Shown: piece after piece, positions 24,996 to 38,177 of the stretch
Layout: each line of letters opens with the position of its first letter
How positions within the stretch are numbered: position 1 is the stretch's first letter
DNA from: Octopus sinensis
Lineage: Eukaryota
Reading direction: 5' to 3'
Assembly: GCF_006345805.1 (NCBI RefSeq)
Contig: NC_043021.1
Location: 26,970,001-27,034,000, forward strand
Length of the DNA: 64,000 bases
Program-made: the position numbers and the translations under genes
Notes under the pieces: model-generated
Told to the model about the DNA's origin: nothing
Databases searched by the model: none
What the model saw: the letters and a program-made list of their open reading frames with translations, nothing else

Positions 24996-25013
<18 letters not shown>
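24791..25013 (+). mobile_element. Chimeric SINE: family B head, family A tail, poly(A)
   Basis: GGAGGCGCAATGGCCTAGTGG..CCCTGCTGTA joined to CTAAAGGCGGTGCTCCAGCATGG..GACTGAAA and an A-run of about 22. Confidence 0.75.
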
Positions 25014-25085
<72 letters not shown>

Positions 25086-25128
25086 TATATATATAATATA
25101 ATATATATATATATATATATATAAATCT

Positions 25129-25164
<36 letters not shown>

Positions 25165-25200
25165 AAAATATTATATATATAAATATATAAATATATAGAT

Positions 25201-25274
<74 letters not shown>

Positions 25275-25287
25275 TATAAAATTATAT

Positions 25288-25364
<77 letters not shown>

Positions 25365-25375
25365 TAAATATATAT

Positions 25376-25405
<30 letters not shown>
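25014..25405. repeat. (TA)n microsatellite
   Basis: Direct inspection. Confidence 0.97.
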
Positions 25406-25406
<1 letters not shown>

Positions 25407-25409
25407 GGT

Positions 25410-25554
25410 GCAAATGTGACTGTGTGGTAGAAGCTTGCTTCCAACCACATGGTTCTGGATTCAGTTTGACTGCCTGGCACCTTGAACAAATGTCTTCTAC
25501 TATAGCCTTGTGAGTGGATTTGGTAGGTGGAAACTCAAAGAACCCTATCGTTAT

Positions 25555-25599
<45 letters not shown>

Positions 25600-25619
25600 T
25601 ATATATATTATATATATAG

Positions 25620-25650
<31 letters not shown>

Positions 25651-25870
25651 TGTATATATTTGTGTGTTTGTGTCTGCCATCACTTGACAACCGATTTTGG
25701 TGTGTTTATTTCCCCGTAATCTAGTGGTTCAGCAAAAGCGACCAATAGAATAAATACCAGGCTTGCAAAGCATAAGACCTGGGGTCGATTTCTTTGACTA
25801 AAAGGTGGTGCTCCATCATGGTAACAGTCAAAATGACTGAAACAAGTGAAGGAATAAAAGAATAAAAGAA
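25410..25870 (+). mobile_element. SINE family A, near full length with internal (TA/CA)n
   Basis: Head, internal microsatellite and tail as in 57744-58142. Confidence 0.8.
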
Positions 25871-25881
25871 TATATATACAT

Positions 25882-25919
<38 letters not shown>

Positions 25920-25959
25920 GGTTAGAGAGAGAGAAATAGTTACATAGACAGACTGACAG

Positions 25960-25960
25960 T

Positions 25961-25999
<39 letters not shown>

Positions 26000-26000
26000 G

Positions 26001-26065
<65 letters not shown>

Positions 26066-26101
26066 GGAAAAATAGATAGATAGATAGGTAGATAGATAGA
26101 T
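25960..26101. repeat. (GATA)n array at the 3' end of Tx1 copy 1
   Basis: Direct inspection. Confidence 0.97.
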
Positions 26102-26375
26102 AACTTTTTATTGTGGCCACACAGGGCTAAACACAGAAGAAAAATGGACGAAATACAATGTTGAGTTTTTTCTTTTCGAGGTGGGATGGGTGGGACACAA
26201 AAAAAAAGTTCGACCAATAGGGTTGTGTAGTGTATTAAAAAGCAATATATATATAAAGTTCACAGTTTATGTGTAGCCTTGGAAAGAAAATCCTACAAAA
26301 AAGACCAAGGTCACCTCAGACAGTTCGAAAATGAACACATGAGTAAGTCACCTTACCTCTCGTTGTCTCATTTGG

Positions 26376-29300
26376 TTACAGATTCACGCTTAAAATGGTG
26401 TCGTCTTTCATACTGACCATTTTTGCCACTTTTACCCACTTTTATTCACTATTCTCATCCTCCTTTTCAAGTGGTACTTGAAAAAGTTGACGAGGGACTG
26501 ACCAGAGAGGAAGGTGTTTGTTTGCAGTCCTTTCAAACGCGCCCACCACACACATTCTTTCGCCATAGCCATCAGCTTAACGAAAACCGTTTTCCCTTCC
26601 CGTTTAAAGGAAGGTGGTGGAACAATATTCACGATAGACTCGGCCGATAAGCGGGCCCGTCCTACACGCGACAACAGCTGTTCGACGAAGGTCCACAACT
26701 CTGAAATATTTGGACACTGCACGAGTGCGTGCAGAACGGTTTCATCACTCTGACCGCATCTCGGGCAGGTCGGTCCGGTGATGGTTTTCGAACCGTGCCT
26801 GAAGCTCTTCTCTCGAACAGGTAGTGCGTCTCGATAGCATTGCCAAGCCAGGGATTTCTGGAAGTTATCCATAGGCCCCGGCCCGAACGTCGTCCTGAAC
26901 GCCCAGGTTTGCCCCGAGTGTGTCGTCGGACCTCCCCTCCACTAGTCCTCTATAGAACGCTTTAGTCGTTTGTAAGTTGCACAAGTTTGACCCCGGTCGG
27001 CAGAGCTGCTGTAGAGCTTGGCGACACTCTCGGTGCCAATCGCCCAGTTTCGGTCTCTTCTTGATCCACGTTTGCAGTTCGGTCAGTGAGACGAGCTGCG
27101 GGAAGGCACGCCTCACAAACGGTGCCCACACCTGTTCACCGTCATCGATGAAGTTCCAGAGATGTCGCAGTCTCAGCGCATGCCTGCGCATCATCAACCA
27201 CGGCATGCCCAGTCCTCTATTTAACGGATGTTGACAGCAAATGGACTTCCCCACCATCGGAACGCCACCCTTCCACAGGAAGCGGAAGAGTATGCGTTCC
27301 AGTTTGGTGATGGTGGCGTCGGGACAAGGCACGACGGTCAGGCGGTAATCGATGACGGATGCGATGTACGCGTTCGTCACCTCCGCCCGACCTTTTAGAG
27401 ACAGCTTTCTCTCGGCCCATGTTTGGCTGAGAGCGACCACTCTACTCGTGATCTCGTCCCAGTTCTTATCCATTTGGAGGTCCGGACTGAACCATACCCC
27501 GAGCAATTTAACCGGTCCGTCCGTCCAGCGTCCCACTACTGACCCGCAGTCGGACGGCATGGGCTTGCTTCTCCAGGTGCCGAGTAGCAAACCCAGACTT
27601 TTCCGGGTTAATCTTCGCTTCCGTCACCGTTTCGTATTTTCTTAGTGTCTCGCCTATCATCCGGATGTGTTTGTCGCTCGACACTATGACGGTGACATCG
27701 TCCGCATATGCCGACACGCTCGTCCCGCAACCCAGTTCCTGTGGGATGCCCCTCAGTGTCGCCAGCTTCCGCAGTAGCGGCTCGAGAGTCAATACATTCA
27801 GAAGCGCCAACAGGGGACACCCCTGACGGACCGAACGCGTGATGTCAAACGGTTTCGACAGGTGACCGTTCACCCGAATCACCGATCGGATGCCGCTATA
27901 CAAGGCAGCGATCCAACCGCGGAAGACGGGACTGAAGCCAGCCGCCCTGAGGACGGCCTCCAAGTACCGATGGTCTACCCTATCGAAGGCTTTAGACTGA
28001 TCCAAATTGATCAGCGCCCTACCCATGCCAGGATCCTTAACTACCCTGTCCACAATGTAGCGCATCAGATGGAGGTTGTCATGTATGGTTCTGCCTGGCA
28101 CGGCTAATTTTTGCGCCCTGTCGATTAGTTAACCAATGACAAGCGCCAACCTCTCGGCTATTACTTTGGCAAAAATTTTCAAATCTGCGTTGAGCAGAGT
28201 GATGGGCCTGAAATTATCTATAAAATTCCCCTTGTTTGGGTCATTCTTCAGCAACGTCACTGCAACTCGGCTCACGAAACCTGGGATTCTCCCGTTTTGT
28301 TGCCAGTTGCAGTAGACTGATGCCAAGAGGTCGCCAAACAAGTCTGGCATTTGACAATACAGCTCGTAGGGTAAAGCAGGCGACTTATCCCTCGCGCATC
28401 TCGTACGTCAGCGGCTGTGATGGGGCTTTCACAACACTCCGCTTCTCTTGCCGAGAGCCGCGGCAGGTCGGTCAGGTAGGCACTGAAATCCATCCCGCGT
28501 TCCGACCCACCACTCGCACCAAACAGTCGAGCAAAGTGCTGTTGAAAGGCCTCACACATCCTTTCGGGTTCGAGTAAACTGCATCCCTGTTGATCTATTA
28601 GAGACCGAATGGTGGCTCTGTTGCCACGTTGCGCCTCCGCTACCCGGGCCTCTCGCGCAGCTTCGATCCCTTCGTTCCTTAAGGCACCCATTTTAGCTCT
28701 GATGACGCAACCTTCGTGTTTGGCGTTGTGTTGGTCGAGGGCTATCCTCGCAGCCAGCACGTTGGTTATGCTGCCAGTGGTAAGTGCCTCTTCTAGTTTC
28801 TTAACCAGGTCCCCCTCTACTCTATTTCGATCTATCGCTAATTCCTTGTTAAATCTAATTGATTCCGATTTCATTGCCATTTTCAGGGCGAACCACCAGC
28901 GGTTGTTAACAACGGCTCCCGCCAACGCCCTCTTAATTAACTCGCTAATCCGGTTCCTGTAAATCTGTCGCGCTAAGAGCGACGTGTTCAGTTTCCAGTA
29001 GCCGGGACGCTGTCTATGTGTCTTATCTAAGTCGAGCGTACACGTCACAAATTTGTGATCTGTGACTATTTTAAATTGTGGACATCCTACACTATCCCTA
29101 TCTGCTGTCCTGCATAGAATTCTATCTAGATAAGATCTCGACGATCCGACGCGGTTTGTCCAAGTCCACGTTGGCACGTTCGGATGGTCGAGTCGGAACC
29201 TGTCAGACAAATGGAAACGTCTGAGTAGGTCTTTGAGGCACTTACACCCCCTTCTATTCCTATCCATTCCCACATAGTCTAGATGCGTGTCCAAGGTAGC

Positions 29301-29721
29301 GTTCCAATCCCCTACTAACAGTAAAGGTCTAGACGTACCCAAGAAAACCTCTAGACGTCTGAAGAAATCCGCCCGACCCGGTAAGAACGGTGCATAAACT
29401 TCCATCAGACGGAATGCGCACCCATTTCTGCCATCCACGTCCAAGACAACCAGCCTACCCTCCGGGTCTAGCAATATTGTTCTTACTTTTACTCTTTCGA
29501 AAAAGCACCGCGGTAGCCCCACCACCCCTGCTCGTCAGACAGGGAGAAAAATAAATGTCGAATTGGTCGCCAAACATGGACGCGAGGGCCCGCGACTTGC
29601 TGAGTCTGGTTTCACTGATAGCTACTATATCCACGTTCAGTGACTTGATGTCGTTTAGAAGGTAACCTTGCTTCCAAGCCGACGCCAAGCCACGCGCATT
29701 CACACAACCTAATTTAAGCAT
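26376..29721 (-). pseudogene. Tx1 ORF2 (APE endonuclease, RT, CxxC..HxxxxC motif), frameshifted
   Basis: LGCVNARGL, AISETRL, VGDWNA, SYLDRIL, TDHK, NFRPITLLN, DQSKAFDRV, RQGCPL, SAYADD, CPRCGQSDETVLHALVQC. Confidence 0.93.
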
Positions 29722-29787
29722 AATTGATGTTTAAGAAATTTGTGTTTCACACACTACATTGAAGGAGACAAGAGGCAAGAGGGGAGG

Positions 29788-31638
29788 TCACTTACTCATT
29801 TCGAAAGTTTTAGTTTTTTCTTCTTCTTTTGAAATGTCTTTGAGGAGGTGTTTGTATAGTTTCTTTGATAAGTATTTTTGAAAACCCCCTACCGCATTTG
29901 GAAATATGGTTTTCAGTGTTAGGTGTTGTGTTTGTGTTATGTGTACAATTCTTATGTGTTTCGGTGGTGTAGTGCGCGGATGATTATTTATCTTAAAGTC
30001 ATCTTCACAGATGTTCGTGTTGGATGCAATGTATTCCATTAGTTTTTTATTGTCCGTGTCTATTGCTGTTAGTTGTGTGTGTAGTTTTGCGGGGACATTG
30101 ATGTTTTGATTGTCTAAGGGGATGCTGTCCGGAGTTAAATATCTCCCTGCTTTACTTACTTGTTTGGTGGGCTTTTTTGATCTTTTCCTTTTACCCCCTG
30201 TGGCTATTTGCCATTCCGTCGAACTTTCGTCGTTGGACGAAGATTCTGACGAATCAGAAGGGGGTAAAGGCAAAGCATTTGCGTTAATATGTATGTTTGT
30301 AGAAATTGTTGCTATTTTGTGCGGTGTTTGTGTTGTTGTGGTGTTAGGGGTATAATTTGTCTTCTCGTCACTGTTTTCTGTTTTTTTAGTTGTCGTCCTT
30401 GGTGCTGGTGTTGGTCTGTCTTTTGGTGTTGATTTTGGTTTCGCATCTTTAATTGGTTGCGACGTCAACGGTAATTGTGTTGGTGCTGTTTCTTTTCTTG
30501 GTGATGTTGTTGGGGTTTGTTTGCTGGTTTGTTGTTTTTCTTGGCATTGTTCCATAATTGAGTGTGGTGGGGTTGGTAACAAAGGTTTTTTATTTGTTTT
30601 CTGATTTGTTCTTTCTTGTTTTTTCTGTCCCAGAACGCACTTCGCAATTAAGTGTTCTGGACTGCCACAGTTGTAGCATCTTGGCTTTTTCCCTTCTGCT
30701 ACAACATATAGGCTTTGCCCATTTTCCAAATGAATACTATTTGGTAGGTTCTCGATAGAGGACCCATCAATCTGAATGGTTACCTCTATTGTTTTACCAC
30801 CCCAATTGTCATTTTTGAACACGGCGATTTCTAAAATATTTATTGTTTTTAAATGATAACATATCGCCGATGTTATCCATTTGGGTGGTATATCTGTTGG
30901 AACATTTTTTATTCTAATTTTACTCACTCTTTGTCCTTGTAGTATGGTATCATGATGATTTCATCATTTTTGCAAAGTCTCCGTAGAGTGAGCTTTTGCC
31001 ACTTCCTGGTTAGGGAAGCGGACCACCACTGTATTAAACTGGGGACCCCAGTTTATGTATTCTTTTGTTTTCGTGATGTTTTTTGCACATTTTACTATGT
31101 CCATTTTTGTTATCTGTTCATCTTTTTTTTATAATTCTATATATAATCGTTTTTTTCTTCTATTTGTTCCTTAATGTGTTGAGGTGTATGTAATACCAAA
31201 TCCTGTCCTGAGGTTGTGAAGAGTGCTCTTGTTTCTATCAACTCTTCATTTGTGAACTTTATAATTTCTTTTTTTCTGACGCAGGGTGTCAGCGAAATTC
31301 ACAGTTCTATTCTGGAAGTTGTCGTTGTGTGTTTTTGTTGTTGTTGTATCAGAATTATTCTTGGTTTTAGCTTTTTCAAGTACTGTTTCTTCTTTTATGT
31401 TAATATTATCTTCACTATTGAGTGTGATAATATTTATTTCATTTTTGTTGTTGTTATTCTTGTTGTTGTTAATGGTCTTTGTGTCAGTTTTAGTTCTATC
31501 ATTTACGTTGGTGGTGGTGTTGATTTCAGTTTTATCTTTCTTTCTTTCAGCGTCCTTGCCGACTGTATTTTCCAAAACAGGGAAATCTTCGTTAGAAAAC
31601 ATCGTAGAATATTTTTCTACGATAAGATTTCTCGACAT
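29788..31638 (-). pseudogene. Tx1 ORF1 (gag-like), frameshifted
   Basis: Starts MSRNLIVEK; CYNCGSPEHLIAKC zinc knuckle; low-complexity T/P/K C-terminus; ends 66 bp before ORF2. Confidence 0.85.
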
Positions 31639-32044
31639 TATTATTTTTTCCCAAGAAAAATAAAAATAAATTGATGAAAATGCCCCTATGGGCGAATTCT
31701 TTATCTAAAAAAGACTCAAGCGAAAGTTGGGTGTTTGAAAAGTTGAAAAACTCCGACAATGTAGAACGTAAACAATGGATGCAAACGAGAGAGAGAGAGA
31801 GAGAGAGAACAGCGTTTGTATGTTATGAGAAACGCTTCGCCGACATTGTGTGAAAAAACAAGTTATTGCAGCAAAAATTTTGATATATATTCGAGGCTGA
31901 AAATGCCCCTAGGAAAACACACCCAGACGAAAGCTAGGTGTCTTACACACTCCGTGTGCAAAATTAAAGACGAAACTTTTTCAAAAACACAATAAAATAA
32001 GCAGTTAACTTACGAGCTGATCTGTCAACGAATACTATCAAACG

Positions 32045-32046
<2 letters not shown>

Positions 32047-32107
<61 letters not shown>

Positions 32108-32116
32108 CAGATAGAC

Positions 32117-32185
<69 letters not shown>
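32047..32185. repeat. (GATA)n array between the two Tx1 copies
   Basis: Direct inspection. Confidence 0.97.
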
Positions 32186-32557
32186 TGTTTCTTTATTAGC
32201 CACACAGGGCTGCACACTGACGGGACAAATTACAAGGTAGAGCTTTTCTTTTGGGGGATAAAAAAAACGTGGGTTGGTTTTCGATCAAAAGGGATCGTAA
32301 ATGGAAAGAAAGAGGAAAGCAAAAAACAAATAAAAGCAAAAACAGGGGGGATAGAAATAAAAGGAAAAAGAAAAAATCGATCAATAGGGATCGTTATCAC
32401 AGAAATGTCAATATAAAATGTAAAGGGGAGGACAGGTGAGGTTTACAAGTGGAAAGAAAAGCCTACGGAAAAGACTACGGCAGCCTCGGTCAATGAAGTC
32501 ACATGTTATATTTTTTTCTTTTACAAATAAGCAACTCTCTGTATTAATTTTTACGGT

Positions 32558-35500
32558 TCATAGGATCATAGTCAAGGTGGCTTCGTCATTCATACGTGCC
32601 ATCCTTGCTACATTGACCCATCTTTTTTTAAACATTCGCTAGACAAAACTTGCCTCTCTACTCTCACTTTCCTTTTCAAGTGATGCTTTAAGAAGTTGGT
32701 GAGAGATTGACCAGAGAGGAAAGTGTTTGTCTCTAATCCTTTCAGGCGCGTCCACCAGATACATTCTTTCGCTATAGCCACAAGTATGATAAAAATAGCT
32801 CTTCCTTCCCGTTTGAAGGAAGGAGGCGTGACGATATTAACGATAGACTCGGCTGATAAACCGACACGTCCCACACGTGACAGCAGTCGTTCGACATAAG
32901 CCCACAAGTCGGAGATTGTTGGACACTGCACGATTGCGTGCAGAACGGTTTCGTCGCTCTGCCCGCATCTCGGGCAGGTCGGCCCCGTGTTTCTCGAGCC
33001 ATGCCTATAGAACTTATCCCGAACGGGTAGCGCTTCTCGGTAGCACCGCCAGGCCAGGGATCTCTGGAAGTTGTCCATAAGTCCCGGCCCGAAAGTCGTT
33101 TCAAACAGGCGGGTCAGGTATTCCTCGTCGACGCCCAGGTTTGCCCCAAGATCGTCGTCGTACCTCCCCTCCACTAATCCCCTATAGAATGCTTTGGTTG
33201 TGTTGAAGTCACTCAAGGTCGACCCAGGACGGCATAGTTGCTTGAGAGCAACGCGACACTCGCGGTGCCATTCGCCCTTCCTCTGCCACTTTTTGATCCA
33301 CGACTGCAGTTCTGTCATGGAGACGAGCTGCGGGAAAGCGTGCCTCACAAACGGCGACCACCCCTGTTCACCGTCGTCTACATAGAGCCGGAGATGTCGC
33401 AGTCTCAGCGCGTGTCTGTGCATCATCAACCACGGCATGCCCAACCCTCCTTTTAACGGGTGTTGACTGCAAATGGATCGCCTGACCATCGGGACGCATC
33501 CTATCCACAAGAAGCGGAAGAGAATGCGTTCTAGTTTGGTGATGGTAGGGTCGGGACAAGGTACGACGGTCAGGCGGTAGTAGATGACGGACGCGATGTA
33601 CGAGTTCGCCACCTCCTCTCGACCTTTTAGGAACAGTTTCCTCTCGTTATCTCGTTCCAGTTCTTCTCCATTTGGAGGTCCGGAGCGAACCAGTCCCCGA
33701 GCAACTCAACCGGGCCGTCCGTCCAGCGTCCCACGACGGAGGTACTGGTGGACTGCATGGGCTTGCTTCTCCAGGTGCCGAGCCGTAAGCCCACTGACTT
33801 TTCCCGGTTAATTTTCGCTCCTGTCACCGCTTCGTAGTCTTTCAGTGTCTCGCCGACCAGCTCGATGTGCTCGTGGCTTGACACTATGACGGTGATGTCG
33901 TCCGCGTATGCAGACACGCTCGTCCCGCATCCCAATTCTCGCGGGATGCCCCTCAGAGTCGCCAGCTTCCGCAGTAGTGGCTCGAGAGTCAATACGTATA
34001 GAAGCGACGAGAGGGGGCACCCCTGACGGACCGAACGTGCAATGTCGAAAGGTCTCGATAAATGTCCATTCACGCAAATTACCGAACGGATGCCTCTGTA
34101 CAAAGCAGCTATCCAGCCGCGGAAGACGGGACCGAAACCAGCCGCTCTCAGGACTGCCTCCAAGTATCGATGGTCTACCCTATCGAAGGCTTTCGATCGA
34201 TCCAAATTGATCAGGGCTCCACCCATGCCAGGTTCCTTAACTACTCTGTCTATGATGTAGAGCATCAGATGGAGGTTGTCATGGATGCTCCGGCCCGGCA
34301 CGGCGCACGTTTGTGCGTTGTCGACCAGTTTCTCGATGACAAGCGCCAACCTCTTGGCTAACACCTTGGTCAAAATTTTCAGGTCTGCATTGAGCAGATT
34401 GATGGGCCTAAAGTTATCTATAATGTCTCCCTTGTTTGGATCTTTCTTCAGCAGCGTTACGGCTCCTCGACTCACAAAACGGGGTATGCTCCCGTTTTGC
34501 TGCCAGTTGCAGTATACCGCTGCCAAGACGTCTCCAAACAAGTCTGGCATACAATTGTAAAACTCGTAGGGCTGGCGACTCTGAGGGGCATCCCGCGAGA
34601 ATTGGGATGCGGGACGAGCGTGTCTGCATACGCGGACGACGTCACCGTCATAGTGTCAACCCGGCGATTTGTCTCTTAAGCATTCTGCCATTGTGTCCCG
34701 CACATCCGCCGCCGTGATGACACCTTTGCAGCACTCTGCCTCTCTTGCCGAGAGTCGTGGCAAGCTGTGCAGGTAGGCACTGAAGTCCACCCTGTGTTCA
34801 CACTCGCCACTCGTCCCGTACAGTCGGGCAAAGTGCCGCTGAAATGCCTCGCACATCTTGCTGTGCTCGAGCAATTCGCGCCCTTGTTCATCTACCAGAG
34901 ACCGAATGGTGGCTATGTTGCCCTGCTGCGCCTCCGCCACCCGGGCCTCCCTCGCGGCTCCAACACCTTCCATCCTTAGAGCACGCATCCTAGCCCTGAC
35001 AGCACACCCTTCGTGTTTGGCGTTGAAGTGTTGGTCAAGGGCCAACCTTGCCGCTAAAACGTCGGATGAGATGCCGCTTCTTATTGCCTCTTCTAACTTC
35101 TTAACTAACTCAACCTCTACTCTATTTCTATCTACGGCTAGTGCCTTGCTATATCTAATTGCTTCCGCTTTTACTGCTCTCTTGAGGGCGAACCACCATT
35201 TGTTGTTGACGATGGCTGCCGTTAAAGCCCTTTTTACTAACGTGTTGATTCTGTCTCTGAAAACCTGTCTGGACGGGAAAGATGCGTTCAGTTTCCAGTA
35301 ACCGGGACCCTGTCTATGTGCCTTATCTAAGTCTAGCGTACACGTCACGAATTTGTGATCCGTGTAGCTGACTGTGTGGAATTGTGGACATCCTAAGTTA
35401 TCCCTGTCTACTGTCCTACACAGTATCCTATCTAGATACGATCTCGACGACCCACTGCGGTTGCTCCATGTCCACGTTGGTGCATTTGGGTGGTCGAGTC

Positions 35501-36011
35501 GGTACCTGTCAGACAGTTGGAATCGTCTGAGCAGGTCTCTGAGGCATTTGCATCCCCTTCTGTTTTTGTCTCTCCCCACATAGTCTAGATGCGTGTCCAA
35601 GGTAACATTCCAATCCCCCACTAAAAGTAAAGGACGAGACGTTCCCAGGAATACTTCTAGACGTCGAAAGAAATCCGGCCGACCTGTTAAAGGCGGTGCG
35701 TAGACTGATACAAGTCGAAAAGCGCATCCATTGCTGCCGTCGACATCCAGAACGACCAGTCTACCCTCCGGGTCTACGAATATCGTCTTGACTTCGAGAT
35801 CCAGGCTATTGTGATAAAGTACCGCGGTGCCACTACCGCTCATCCTCGGCGGACAGGGAGAAAAATAAATGTTAAACTGTCCGCCAAACATAAGTCTGGT
35901 CTCACTTATGGCTATGATTCCCAAATCATGTAACTTGATGTCATTTAGGAAGTACCCTTGTTTCCAAGGAGACCCCAAGCCACGCGCATTCACACAACCA
36001 ATCTTGACCAT
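32558..36011 (-). pseudogene. Tx1 ORF2, disrupted
   Basis: MVKIGCVNARGL..YAP..GDWN..SYLDRIL..YTDHK; RT core in 33627-34550; CPRCGQSDETVLHAIVQC. Confidence 0.93.
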
Positions 36012-36061
36012 GATTCTATTGGGATGTGTGCTTTAAAACACAAAAAGGAAGGTACAGAGAG

Positions 36062-37380
36062 TTACTTACTTGTGTCGAAAGTTTTGGCTTCCTCGTCCTT
36101 TGATGTGTCTTGGAGGAGGTTTTTGTAGAGTTTTTTCGAGAGATATTTTTGGAACCCCCCAACCGCATTTGGAAAGAGGGCTTTGAGTGTGTGGTGTTGT
36201 GTTTGTGTGATGTGTAGTATTTTGATGTGTTTGGGTGGTGTAGTGCGTGGATGGTTGTTAGTTTTGAAGTCATCTTCACAGATGTTTGTGTGGGCTGTGA
36301 TGTACTCCATTAGTTTTGAGTCTTTGGTGTCTATCGCTGATAGCATTGTGTGTGCTTTTGTGGTGTTGGTGCTGGTTTGGTTGTGTAAGGAGCTTTCAGG
36401 TTTCAGATATCTCCCTGCTTTGGTTGCATTTTCTTGTTTGGGTTTTTTTTTATCTTTTTCTTTTACCCCCGGTGGCTATTTGCCATTCTGTCGAACTTTC
36501 ATCGCTAGACGAAAAGTCTGACGAATCAGAAGCGGGTAAGGGCAAAGCATCTGGGTCTGTTTGTGCGGTTGTAGATATTGTTGTGGTGCGCGGGGGGGGG
36601 GGGGGGGGGGTTGCTGGGTGGTTTGGTGTGGTGATAGTCTCTTCTACATCCTCGGTGCTTGTCTTCTTCGTTGTTGTTGGTGGTGTTGATTCTGTTCTTG
36701 GCGCAGGTGGTGGTGTTGTTTGGTTGGGTTGGTCCGTTCTTTGTTGCTTTTCATGCATTTCCGCATATAGCTGCTTGATCAGCCGTCCATACTGTGGTGT
36801 GGGCAATAATGCTGGCTTTTTTGGTTTTTCCTGCGGCTGTTGTTGTTGTTGTCGTTGTTTCGCGGCAGATTTGCACTCGTTTTTGAGGTGTGCTTCACTG
36901 CCACATATATAGCAGCGTGGCTTTCTGCCCTCGACTACTACATACAACTTGTGGTCTTCCGCAAGATGTATATGGGTGGGTATTTTGTTAATGGTGTCTT
37001 GGTTTATGTGGAGGAGAATCTCCAGTCTCTTTCCTACTCAGTTCTTGTGTTCTGAAACAGCGATTTGCAGGATGTTTATGTCCTCCATTTCGACGCATAT
37101 GGCCGATGTTATCCATAATGTGTCTGCTATTTGAGGAACATTATTGATAATGACTTTTGTTACCCTCTGGCCAAGGTAACTGGGTATCATTGTTAGCTCA
37201 TCTGAATGAAGAGTTAGCGTTGAGAATTGTTTTGCTAACTCTTCATTTTGAAAAACTACCTGTACGTGGGCAAACTTGTTCGACCAAGTTACATACTCTT
37301 TGTATCCCCAGATGGCGCGTAGGCATTTTTCGATTTTGTCTGTGTTTGCTTTTTCTGGACTTTTAGTTGTGTTGTTTATT
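36062..37380 (-). pseudogene. Tx1 ORF1, partial
   Basis: CYICGSEAHLKNEC knuckle; C-terminus near-identical to copy 1 (DDFK.NNHPRTTPPKHI..FPNAVGGFQKYLSKKLYK). Confidence 0.85.
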
Positions 37381-37447
37381 ATAGATAGATAGATGGATGG
37401 ATGGATGGATGGATGGATGGATGGATGGATGGATGGATGGATGGATG

Positions 37448-37499
<52 letters not shown>

Positions 37500-37515
37500 G
37501 ATTGATAGATAGATA
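37381..37515. repeat. (GATA)n/(GATG)n array at the 5' junction of Tx1 copy 2
   Basis: Direct inspection. Confidence 0.97.
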
Positions 37516-38177
37516 CAAAATGGGCTTCTTAATAGTTGCTGTCTGATCAGATTCACTCACAAGACATAATATAGCCCTGAGCTATATTAGGTGCTATATT
37601 AGAGCTAATGGCCTCTCGCCTATTGAAAGGTGCCAACTTCTTACCACCAACACTTCCACCACCACCTAAACATATCTGATGCATCTACCTCCCATCCACC
37701 CTCAATCTCTACTTTCATTTCACTCCACTTACAAACTTCAAGCTTAAACGATTCGCCTTTTCCTCTCCCTAATAACATCCTCCACTCGCTGGAATACCTT
37801 CTCTGCTCCGCTCTGCCCACATTTTTGCTACTGCAGGCATTGACCCCTAAGATGCTCCAATTTCGAAAATTAACCACATTAACTTTACCCTTGAGGTGAG
37901 AGGCAAGAGGTAAGTGACTTGCAAAAGGACTTAGATATAACTCTTTCTTTCCCTTTCTAACCAAAAAAAAAGGAAAAAAAAGGGGTGGAACAAAATGTAT
38001 TTTTCTATTTTATTAATTATTCACTGCTCATTTTCCTCTGCTTCTACACTCCCCTTTACATTCCCACAAGCTTACTTAACCACCCATACCACTTCTCGTA
38101 TATTCATCTTCCAGTATCTTGAGAGTGTGGTTTGACACATCTTCACCAACATCTTTCCTTTCGACTGGCCTAGTCAT

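Larger units (their letters stand above)
26102..32046 (-). mobile_element. Tx1-clade (L1 superfamily) LINE copy 1, apparently full length, disrupted
   Basis: About 400-bp 5'UTR, ORF1 with a CCHC knuckle, ORF2 with APE-RT-C-terminal zinc motif, 3'UTR with AATAAA a few bases before (TATC)n. Confidence 0.92.
32186..37380 (-). mobile_element. Tx1-clade LINE copy 2 (different subfamily), 5'-truncated in ORF1
   Basis: Same architecture as copy 1; 3' end GCCCTGTGTGGCTAATAAAGAAACA followed directly by (TATC)n. Confidence 0.92.

Noticed and set aside
36593-36610. Poly-G run as a G-quadruplex element (also near 9000 and 38190)
   Set aside because: Here it is the complement of the poly-Pro codons of Tx1 ORF1; homopolymer lengths are unreliable and no functional context exists.
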